DNA of 64,000 nucleotides. It comes from a virus. Lineage: Duplodnaviria; Caudoviricetes. The stretch is from the IMG/VR virus record IMGVR_UViG_3300020050_015887, positions 1 to 64,000 of that record; one strand, 5' to 3'. Positions 56,901 to 64,000 of the stretch are shown one piece after another. The notes beneath the pieces are model-generated. The model was given only the letters and a program-made list of their open reading frames with translations. It searched no databases and was not told the DNA's origin. Position 1 is the first letter of the stretch; each line of letters opens with the position of its first letter. The position numbers and the translations under genes were made by a program.

Positions 56901-57129
56901 TTAATTGATCTAGTTTATTGGTTAATTTATTATTAAACTGTTGTTGATGAACTTCTAACATAATTTGATCAATCGTTAAATTCATAAAACAAGATTGATC
57001 GTTATTTTTAAAATAGATAATACAATGGCTATTAGATTCTTGATAGATATAGGCAACGTCTTCGTATTTAAAACAACACTTGTTGCCGTCGGTACCTGTT
57101 ACAATAATCCAATCACCAAGCATTAGCAC
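56875..57129 (-). CDS. C-terminal-motif family protein (LTNKLDQLIG...)
   Basis: Shared motif near the C-terminus. Confidence 0.6.
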   Translation of the reverse strand: MLMLGDWIIVTGTDGNKCCFKYEDVAYIYQESNSHCIIYFKNNDQSCFMNLTIDQIMLEVHQQQFNNKLTNKLDQLIGTHNNGQ

Positions 57130-59086
57130 TTTCTTTTTCTTGTTTTCTAGCTTCCTTAATATCGTCTAATCTACGAGATTCTTCAAAGGTTAAATCTCTT
57201 ACCGTGCCACTTAAACCGTCCCAATATTGATCGATCTTGAAAAGTCCACCCATGCGGTTTTTCAGACAGGTAATAGATAAAAATTTATCATCTTCTGGGT
57301 GTTCAGGATGAAACCCTGGGCGGTTGATACCCAACATTACCGACACTGCTTGTGCTACCGCTGAAGAACCTTTAGCTGCTTGGTATGTTGTGATGGTGTC
57401 TGCCGGATTAGCATACACTTTACCGGGTTGTAATAGTGAAATAACGCAACAATTAAATTTATGGGAAATTTCCCGAAGCTTTTGTGCAACTAATGCACTA
57501 CTAGCCGTAGCATCACCCATTTCAGTTAAAATTAACTCATTATAATCTACAATAACCAACCGAGACTTTTGTCCGCGTTTTTCCTCTACCGCACGAATTG
57601 TTTCTTCAATTTGTGGAATAGTTTGTCCTGCGTCAAAACAAAACTCAATATTTTTGTATTCTTTTTGTAGTAGTTCTAAAACCTGGCGTTCAAATTCTGG
57701 GTCTTGTTGTTTCATCTTATTAAAGATTGCCTCAGATTGTAAACCCATGTGTTTTTGTACTAACTTTTGAATAACAAGGGAATGATACATGTCATATGAA
57801 AGAAAAATACAAAGCTCATTGTTCTTACTCATGGTGTTTAAAATTTGAATAGCAATGCTGGTTTTACCCGTTGAAGGAGGAGCAACAATACCAACAAACA
57901 TACCAATTGTTAGTCGAACACGTTCATCCAAAGCTTTAATACCCGTTTTAATTGTTAGCTTATCGATGTTAGTAGCATAGTCTTTAAACAAACCAAATGC
58001 GTCGTGAATTTGGATAGTTTTTTGTTCGTGCTTTTTACAAGCATGTTCACCAAGGGATTGACAATAATCGTGTAGTGGTCCTTCTACTTCACATGAATAT
58101 TGGCCGCCTTGCCACGTTGTACTGTATACAGATTCGAGAATGTTTTCCCAAATTTCATCTGTACTAAACTCATCTTGATTAAACTTTCTAGCTTGTTTTT
58201 TTACGGCAGATTTAAGCATATAATATGCTGTTTCTCTGTCATATCCTAAACCACGACATGTTGCGGCTAATGTAAGCAATGCTTGATGGCGATTGCCACT
58301 TTCAAAGTTACCCTGGAGAAGTGACCACTTGCAATTTCTCCATTCTTTGGGTTTATCTGAAAAGTCACTAGTAACAACTTTTGTATTTGTTTGTTGTACT
58401 TCAGACGTTAATTTGTTTGTTGTATCCCTGGTAAGCTTACTAAACTCGTTAATACCTGGTAAAACGCTTTTAACAACGTTTCTATCAAGCTTCCTAGGGG
58501 TAGATGCCAATTTAACAATCTCATCAATTGGAAGAGATTCTAGTTCTTCTAATGTCAAGGGAATTTTATACAAACCACTGTTTGGATGACGGCTATTGGG
58601 CAAGCGAATAATACGTACCGGATCTGCAACAACTGTATCGATTGTATTATATTTTTTATTAAAATTAGATAGTACACTTTTAAGATGAACAGGATTAATA
58701 AACTCTGTTAGATATACTTCTAAACAAAATCCTTTACTACCAGTAAAAGAACAATGAATACTTTCTTCAGAAATTCCATAATTAACTAAATCAAGTGCTA
58801 ACGCCGTAGATTGTTTTTGAGCTTCTTTTAAATCTTTTGAATCTAGATCAAAAAATAAACGATTAGACTGAGTATCTTTAATACCAGCAAATGAACCGGT
58901 TTGTTCAAAAATACTTTTTTGTGCTTCATTATAATAATATAAACTTGTATAGTAGTCTTTTTTATTATCAATAATTAAATCATCATTCAAACTAAAGTTT
59001 TGTTCTACGGTAAGATTTGGATTAACTTCAATTAAAGTGGCTTTGCTTGTTAAGCCTTGTTTTAAGGCGATAAAATATTTTTGCAC
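57113..59086 (-). CDS. primase-helicase (AEP-like primase, PriCT-like region, SF4 helicase)
   Basis: FFDLDSKD, TGSKGF, RIIRLPNSRH; RHQALLTLA; APPSTGKTS, VIVDYNEL, KNRMGG. Confidence 0.85.
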   Translation of the reverse strand: MQKYFIALKQGLTSKATLIEVNPNLTVEQNFSLNDDLIIDNKKDYYTSLYYYNEAQKSIFEQTGSFAGIKDTQSNRLFFDLDSKDLKEAQKQSTALALDLVNYGISEESIHCSFTGSKGFCLEVYLTEFINPVHLKSVLSNFNKKYNTIDTVVADPVRIIRLPNSRHPNSGLYKIPLTLEELESLPIDEIVKLASTPRKLDRNVVKSVLPGINEFSKLTRDTTNKLTSEVQQTNTKVVTSDFSDKPKEWRNCKWSLLQGNFESGNRHQALLTLAATCRGLGYDRETAYYMLKSAVKKQARKFNQDEFSTDEIWENILESVYSTTWQGGQYSCEVEGPLHDYCQSLGEHACKKHEQKTIQIHDAFGLFKDYATNIDKLTIKTGIKALDERVRLTIGMFVGIVAPPSTGKTSIAIQILNTMSKNNELCIFLSYDMYHSLVIQKLVQKHMGLQSEAIFNKMKQQDPEFERQVLELLQKEYKNIEFCFDAGQTIPQIEETIRAVEEKRGQKSRLVIVDYNELILTEMGDATASSALVAQKLREISHKFNCCVISLLQPGKVYANPADTITTYQAAKGSSAVAQAVSVMLGINRPGFHPEHPEDDKFLSITCLKNRMGGLFKIDQYWDGLSGTVRDLTFEESRRLDDIKEARKQEKESANAW

Positions 59087-59125
59087 TTATGTTTCCTTTG
59101 AGTAGATAAAATACATTGTGGTGTA

Positions 59126-59155
59126 ATTATATCACACTTTCTTACGTTTGTTCAA
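59126..59155 (-). promoter_or_regulatory. sigma70-like promoter (extended -10)
   Basis: TTGAAC-18 nt-TATAAT with TGn; upstream of primase-helicase. Confidence 0.55.
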
Positions 59156-59156
59156 C

Positions 59157-59199
59157 AAAAACCCCAGAAATTCTACAGAGGATATAGAAAATCTGGGGT
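59157..59199 (-). terminator. probable intrinsic terminator
   Basis: ACCCCAGA.TTCTA...TAGAA.TCTGGGGT hairpin followed by TTTG on the - strand. Confidence 0.6.
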
Positions 59200-59225
59200 A
59201 GTTGGGGTATTTGCAGACAGGGTAA

Positions 59226-59513
59226 TTATTCTTCAGTGACAATTACCAATTCATACTTAAGTGATTCAGGAACATTGCGTGGCTTTTGTCCTTCTTTCAC
59301 TGGTCGCTTACGGGGATCTTGAAGTTGGATCGCACCGTTAACAACATCCAACACCTTATCACCCTTAGCGTTCTTCACCATGATTTTAACATCAAAATTA
59401 TAATCTTGGTTTTTATTTTTGTTATCACCCAATTGAGCATACGGGCCGAATTTACCTTCCCAGATATTACCAATTTTAGTGTATTTCTTTTTCTTTTTTA
59501 CTTCTTCAGACAT
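59226..59513 (-). CDS. small protein, possible ssDNA-binding
   Basis: YTKIGNIWEGKFG beta-rich; located next to ERF and replication genes; inference only. Confidence 0.35.
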   Translation of the reverse strand: MSEEVKKKKKYTKIGNIWEGKFGPYAQLGDNKNKNQDYNFDVKIMVKNAKGDKVLDVVNGAIQLQDPRKRPVKEGQKPRNVPESLKYELVIVTEE

Positions 59514-59976
59514 TTTCTTTTTCTCCTGTTAAGTTATTTTCTTGAACATTTTCTTGCGGTTGTTCTTGAGTAGGAGCTTCTGTTTGTTGTTTTTCAAGCT
59601 CCGATGCTTGTTGAATGCTTTGAAAATTGGCGTACAATAACATCATATATTTAGATGTTAATAAATCATCACCAACTGAAAACACTGTTTTTTCTTCTTC
59701 AGAAGTAAACTTAAGTGCTTTTGTTTCTAAAGGATATAATACAAGGTTTTTTAATACTCGTTTAGCTTGTCGTGCAGTTAATACATTAACTGCCAGTTCA
59801 AACCGACTTGAGTATTGTTTAAATTTTAATGCTGCAATATCTTCCGGTGCCATTGCTTGATTTTGATTAACCTGTACATCTTGAGAATATACAGCGTCGG
59901 CACTAGTAGACACTACTTCTTGTGTTAGTTGTTGTTCGTTATCTGCCGGTACTAATACTTGTTCTTCGTTTACCAT
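59506..59976 (-). CDS. hypothetical protein
   Basis: AAGGTG RBS; Gln/Glu-rich termini. Confidence 0.6.
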   Translation of the reverse strand: MVNEEQVLVPADNEQQLTQEVVSTSADAVYSQDVQVNQNQAMAPEDIAALKFKQYSSRFELAVNVLTARQAKRVLKNLVLYPLETKALKFTSEEEKTVFSVGDDLLTSKYMMLLYANFQSIQQASELEKQQTEAPTQEQPQENVQENNLTGEKENV

Positions 59977-60620
59977 TCTTCACCTTTATTTTCTTGCACT
60001 GGAGTTAGGGGTTCCGGTTGAATTGCTGTTGGTAATGGTTGTTTTTTAAAAGAAGAAACAGGCTTAGTTTCTTGTTTAACTGGTGGTGCTTTAATTGTAG
60101 CAGATGCTAGGCTACCATCATCATCTTCACTAGGAATGAACATCAATGATTGTAGGCTATAGCGTCTAGCATAGCTAATTGCACTACCGTAGTCTTGCAT
60201 GTTTTTAGGTGTAAGCAAACGCATACGAGAAGTAAGTGTTTCACCAGATTCAGCATGAATCAATTGAGTTTCAACGTATTCACCAGTGGTGTCTGATACA
60301 ACAGGTTGAGTAACTACAATTCCTGCATTATTAAGTGCATCTTTACAAGCTTCCATTACACTACCAAGGGTAGCATAGTTACTTTTAAAGAAAGGGTTCT
60401 TTGCGTCTTTTACTGCTGCACCAATATTACGTTGTGCAGTTAGTAGTGCTTTAGCAATGTTTTTCACCGATACTACTCCTAATTGTGGGATACTACTTTG
60501 CGGAATAAATGTCCAAGGTGTTGTGCTTGGATCAAGAAACACGCTGTTTGTTTGTTGTGTTGCACTACCTTGTGTACCATTAAATTCTTTATCCCAATCA
60601 TATTTATTATTTTCTGCCAT
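59970..60620 (-). CDS. erf: ERF family single-strand annealing protein
   Basis: KNPFFKSNYATL, QDYGSAISYARRYSL, EDDDG. Confidence 0.88.
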   Translation of the reverse strand: MAENNKYDWDKEFNGTQGSATQQTNSVFLDPSTTPWTFIPQSSIPQLGVVSVKNIAKALLTAQRNIGAAVKDAKNPFFKSNYATLGSVMEACKDALNNAGIVVTQPVVSDTTGEYVETQLIHAESGETLTSRMRLLTPKNMQDYGSAISYARRYSLQSLMFIPSEDDDGSLASATIKAPPVKQETKPVSSFKKQPLPTAIQPEPLTPVQENKGEEW

Positions 60621-60632
60621 ATTTTCCTTTAA

Positions 60633-60902
60633 TTATTTTTGACAAGACACCTTAACTAAATTGTTTGAAGACACTAATTCATAACCTAATCCACCTTTAA
60701 AGAAAGAACTAGGATATGACAATTCAACTTCATATTTATTGGGAATAAAATGAACTTTATAAATTTGATTATAACCTAATGTACGTACACAATCTCCAAT
60801 TTTATACGTGTTGTTGTTAGATTGATATGCTTGAAAAAGCATTCCAGATACAAATGTTATTGTTAATACTAACACGCCACTAACATTATACAAAAAATTC
60901 AT
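60633..60902 (-). CDS. membrane-anchored small protein
   Basis: N-terminal TM; YKIGDCVR beta domain. Confidence 0.55.
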   Translation of the reverse strand: MNFLYNVSGVLVLTITFVSGMLFQAYQSNNNTYKIGDCVRTLGYNQIYKVHFIPNKYEVELSYPSSFFKGGLGYELVSSNNLVKVSCQK

Positions 60903-60977
60903 TTAATCTCCAGACAAAAACAAATATACAGAGGTAAACGTAAAACCAATAAGAAACCCAATAACAAAGTAACTCAT
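60903..60977 (-). CDS. 24-aa membrane peptide
   Basis: Read by eye: MSYFVIGFLIGFTFTSVYLFLSGD; ATGA overlap. Confidence 0.4.
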   Translation of the reverse strand: MSYFVIGFLIGFTFTSVYLFLSGD

Positions 60978-61240
60978 TTAAGTAATTCCTTTCCAAGAAC
61001 AATTTTAAAACGTTCCTGGGCTTCCAAAACAGTGTCACCCGCTTTGCTAAATTCTACAACACCAACATCACCCGTTGATGGATTAAATTTAATCCTAACA
61101 AGTTGCCAAGAACTACCAACTTTAACAATACTGTAAGCAGTGTTTTTCATTTCTGCTACAACCTTGGCTTCTTGATGAATAACTTCTACAGATTTATCCT
61201 CAATCTTGGGACGACCTGGTTTCTTCTTCACTTGTTCCAT
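60974..61240 (-). CDS. hypothetical protein with AT-hook-like KKPGRPK
   Basis: ORF track; KPGRPK motif. Confidence 0.6.
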   Translation of the reverse strand: MEQVKKKPGRPKIEDKSVEVIHQEAKVVAEMKNTAYSIVKVGSSWQLVRIKFNPSTGDVGVVEFSKAGDTVLEAQERFKIVLGKELLK

Positions 61241-61436
61241 TATCCGTTCCTTTAATTTGTTCTCTCATTTTATCAAGTTTTGATGATAAAAGCAAGTTTA
61301 AAGTTTGTTGTATCAAAAATAATATAATTAATAGTTGTAGATGTAGTTCTGAAGTTTTATAAACTAGATGCAATAATACGCCAATCATAGCATATCTACT
61401 AAGAATATACAAAATGTTATTTAATAACAAAGTCAT
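61200..61436 (-). CDS. two-TM small membrane protein
   Basis: Hydrophobic segments. Confidence 0.5.
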   Translation of the reverse strand: MTLLLNNILYILSRYAMIGVLLHLVYKTSELHLQLLIILFLIQQTLNLLLSSKLDKMREQIKGTDNGTSEEETRSSQD

Positions 61437-61543
61437 TAATATGCTCCTTGTAACACCATTACACTAATCCAAAATAACACACTAAATAAAACCATATAAC
61501 CAATTGGGTGCATTGTTTCTTGTTTTTTAATTTTATTTTTCAT
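61436..61543 (-). CDS. 35-aa membrane peptide
   Basis: Read by eye: MKNKIKKQETMHPIGYMVLFSVLFWISVMVLQGAY; directly downstream of a sigma70 promoter. Confidence 0.45.
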   Translation of the reverse strand: MKNKIKKQETMHPIGYMVLFSVLFWISVMVLQGAY

Positions 61544-61549
61544 GCTTTT

Positions 61550-61578
61550 ATTATACCTTATTATATTAATAAAGTCTA
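61550..61578 (-). promoter_or_regulatory. sigma70-like promoter
   Basis: TAGACT-17 nt-TATAAT. Confidence 0.55.
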
Positions 61579-61803
61579 CCTCTGTTTTCCACACTCCGCG
61601 TAATAACCGTTAGTCGTGACCTTAAAGAATCGTATAAGGCAAGGTGAACGTTTGTAATGAACAGAACACCTAGACCTAGCACTTAAATAGCTTTTTTGGT
61701 CCATTGTATTCCATTTACTGCCGTCTTTTATGATGATTTGAGGGGTAGGACAGGAGGTAGCTAAAGCAATGCCGTAAAACGCATTTAAAAGCAAATTATT
61801 CAT
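61576..61803 (-). CDS. small secreted Cys-containing protein
   Basis: Signal-like N-terminus; four Cys. Confidence 0.55.
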   Translation of the reverse strand: MNNLLLNAFYGIALATSCPTPQIIIKDGSKWNTMDQKSYLSARSRCSVHYKRSPCLIRFFKVTTNGYYAECGKQR

Positions 61804-61913
61804 TATAAGCTATTTTATCATTCTTTGCTTTACGGGTCAATTCCTTTTTACGGTCTTTAAATACAATAACACCTTTAGATGAGATGGGTTTACGTATTAA
61901 CTCATGGGCTTGT

Positions 61914-63035
61914 TTAGGAAGTTTCTTTTTTTTCATTGGACATGTCCTTTAAACCCTCATTGCTATTATAGTAACACTTATTGTAAAAAGTGCATTTTCC
62001 GTACCCGGTTATACAACTGTTTAGGTTTCTATTATACACCTTATTCTTCATTGCTACGTTAATATGGTCAAAGTTTTCTAATACAATTTCTTCTGTACGT
62101 GCGGGTATTTCGTTAATTAACACTTGTACTCTAACTTCAGGGTTAATGGTTTCTGTCCACTCACCTTCACAGCGGGTTGGTTTACCTTTTGCATTAACGC
62201 CCACTTCATTATTGCAACTCTTAAAGCGTGTACCACTACCATCAAACCCACACTTCTGACAAATTTTGGTACGGTTTTTTACCACTTGTTTATTAAACAC
62301 AAAAAACCCAGCTAGTCTGGTTTTAAACTCATCACTTAAAATATGAGTGTATAAGCTAAGTTGTGGCGACCGCAATACCTCATCTGCATCATAATCCCTA
62401 GTGCTAGTTTTCCAATCAGCAATAATGGGCAATGTATACCCTTTATATTCAAATACAATATCTACATAACCAATAACACTATCACCCTCAGAATTTTCTA
62501 ATTTTACATATTTTTGAACAGCATGAACTTTAGTGATATTAGGGATAATTTTAGTTTCTAAAGCATCAATCATTAGGTGTCCTTTTCTAAATAAGGATAA
62601 CCAAATTAAATGATTGTATCTTTCTTGTTCTTCTTTTTCTAAGTTATCGTATCCAAACTCATTACGTTTTTCGGTTAACATGTAATGATCTTCTAATACA
62701 TTAGTGAGATTGTATTTTGTTTGGTGTGTGTTAATATCTTCTGGTAACAACAGTTCTTCGTCAAAATCAGTTTTTGAATAGGCAATTTCAGTGCATGTCG
62801 GTAGGTATGTTTTAGTTTTATTAATATCTTGGAAGCGCCAAAAATAATTAAAGGTGTCCTTTGGTTTTTTTGTGGGATCTTTAAACCGTGTAGTAAAAGC
62901 CTGGTCAATTGCCGTACCAAATAATAATCCCGCGCCTGTAGTTTTAGCCCTAAGTTTATCTACGTAATGGTATTTCCATTTTGTGGGACATTCCATCCAC
63001 TTTTGGGTAGAGGAATGTGAAATAATATTAGACAT
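61914..63035 (-). CDS. PD-(D/E)xK (Cas4-like) exonuclease
   Basis: SHSSTQKWMECP, GYVDIV, IADWKT, QLSLY, C-terminal C..C..C. Confidence 0.85.
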   Translation of the reverse strand: MSNIISHSSTQKWMECPTKWKYHYVDKLRAKTTGAGLLFGTAIDQAFTTRFKDPTKKPKDTFNYFWRFQDINKTKTYLPTCTEIAYSKTDFDEELLLPEDINTHQTKYNLTNVLEDHYMLTEKRNEFGYDNLEKEEQERYNHLIWLSLFRKGHLMIDALETKIIPNITKVHAVQKYVKLENSEGDSVIGYVDIVFEYKGYTLPIIADWKTSTRDYDADEVLRSPQLSLYTHILSDEFKTRLAGFFVFNKQVVKNRTKICQKCGFDGSGTRFKSCNNEVGVNAKGKPTRCEGEWTETINPEVRVQVLINEIPARTEEIVLENFDHINVAMKNKVYNRNLNSCITGYGKCTFYNKCYYNSNEGLKDMSNEKKETS

Positions 63036-63846
63036 ATGTCCACGTATATCCTAAATAAGTTGCTTGTTGTTTACATAATCTAGATATTTTATTTCTAGAT
63101 ACTTTTTCTTTTTTATGCGCCACAAACAACGATGAATAAATAATTTCATCTTGTTGGTTGTATTTTTTAATTCTTATTGGTGTTTTAAATTTTTTTAAAG
63201 GTTGATTTTTGTAATGAAATACATAATTACGACATTTTAAAGATTGTCCCGTTAAACTATTACTAATTGAATCTAAAGGTATGTTTAATTTTAAAGAAGC
63301 TTCTTTTAAACTAGAATAATGTTGTTTTTCTAAAGAAAATACATTGATTGAATAAATAGGTTTTAATTTTGGGTGTTTAAATCCGTTTTTATATTTATTT
63401 TTCAAAGTGTAACTTTGACGTTCACGCTGTTCTTTAGTTTTTTTAATTCCTTTAACTGAACCAACATAAGGTAATAATTGTTTTGGTATTACACCTTTTT
63501 TAGGAATGTACCTTTTAACAAACTTATATCCCTTTTTATTACCATCACCACCGTCTTGTAAATTAGTTAATTTAATATTATTATCTCTAAAAAATTTAAT
63601 AAAATATTTTTCTTGTTCTAATAAGAAATTTTCATCTTCACTTTCAATCAAAGATTTAATTAAGGGGATTTGAGGTGAAATGTGTTTAATCCAACTTTCG
63701 TTTTTATTTAATTTTTTCTTCTTTTTACTGTTAGAAATGTGACAAGCAAGTCGTTGTTTTAAAGAACCCATTGTTTTACCCACATATTTTATAATGTGAG
63801 TATCAGGATTTAATAATACGTAAACATAACCTATAGACATTACCAA
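63028..63846 (-). CDS. GIY-YIG homing endonuclease with NUMOD-type C-terminal repeats
   Basis: GYVYVL...YVGKT...RL..H, EKYFI, NLQDGGDG; YSSLKEAS and YSSLFVA repeats. Confidence 0.85.
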   Translation of the reverse strand: MVMSIGYVYVLLNPDTHIIKYVGKTMGSLKQRLACHISNSKKKKKLNKNESWIKHISPQIPLIKSLIESEDENFLLEQEKYFIKFFRDNNIKLTNLQDGGDGNKKGYKFVKRYIPKKGVIPKQLLPYVGSVKGIKKTKEQRERQSYTLKNKYKNGFKHPKLKPIYSINVFSLEKQHYSSLKEASLKLNIPLDSISNSLTGQSLKCRNYVFHYKNQPLKKFKTPIRIKKYNQQDEIIYSSLFVAHKKEKVSRNKISRLCKQQATYLGYTWTYV

Positions 63847-63998
63847 CTTTCATTAAAAGGGTCTGGTTTAGTGGGTGCAGCGCCGTCTGAAAATAAATCA
63901 TCAAGGAACGTGTCTACTTTTTTGTTAATAAGTTCATTTTTTAATTCAACATAAGTAAACATAGTTTTTTGAACTTCAGTTACACTTAAAGGTTTTGA
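63840..63998 (-). CDS. 3' end of hypothetical protein (partial)
   Basis: Read by eye: SKPLSVTEVQK...LINKKVDTFLDDLFSDG...NESW*. Confidence 0.45.
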   Translation of the reverse strand, partial: SKPLSVTEVQKTMFTYVELKNELINKKVDTFLDDLFSDGAAPTKPDPFNESW

Positions 63999-64000
63999 TA

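Noticed and set aside
60974-61010. ORF 60974-61240 ends in GKELLK; exonuclease 189-719 ends in AINKKVL
   Set aside because: Both lack the correct hydrophobic/acidic spacing of the tag; ...TTAAAATGA coupling alone can give LK*
61914-63035. Cas4-like nuclease as evidence of a CRISPR system
   Set aside because: No array or other cas genes; PD-(D/E)xK nucleases beside ERF are standard phage recombination genes
1-64000. tRNA, rRNA, CRISPR array, integrase or terminal repeats
   Set aside because: No T-loop/cloverleaf, rRNA-like segment, regularly spaced repeats or integrase motifs recognised by eye; a tRNAscan/CRT run would be needed to exclude them formally

Overview
The window is most of the genome of an AT-rich, tailed dsDNA bacteriophage with a podovirus-like layout; no host genes are evident. 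The + strand (1-33710) carries a few accessory genes, including a DEDDh exonuclease and a PLP enzyme resembling plant TAA1/alliinase. It continues with terminase, portal, a trypsin-like protease, a lytic transglycosylase, scaffold, major capsid, several tail-fibre/appendage genes, tail adaptor and nozzle, four ejection-type proteins and an XhlA-like holin. The - strand (33711-64000) carries lysis-like membrane genes, nucleotide metabolism genes (dUTPase, DUF5664-like hydrolase, intein-containing IMPDH/GMPR) and a heptose-activation/glycosylation cluster (GmhA, HldE-type kinase, NTP transferase, GT9, second GT, methyltransferase, HAD). It also carries a MoxR AAA+/VWA pair, a Dam-type methylase, a deaminase, a split family-B DNA polymerase, a primase-helicase, ERF, a PD-(D/E)xK nuclease and free homing endonucleases. 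The most striking unexplained pattern is a set of at least 16 small ORFs, mostly unrelated in sequence and scattered between core genes. All end in the same amphipathic C-terminal motif (e.g. INNSIEKVLA, FTTNIDKLLK). Also notable are a repeated late-promoter-like motif (TTTTAACATTTA), several sigma70-like promoters, and a GC-rich structured intergenic RNA candidate ahead of the heptose cluster. All family calls come from motif recognition by eye; no database searches were run.
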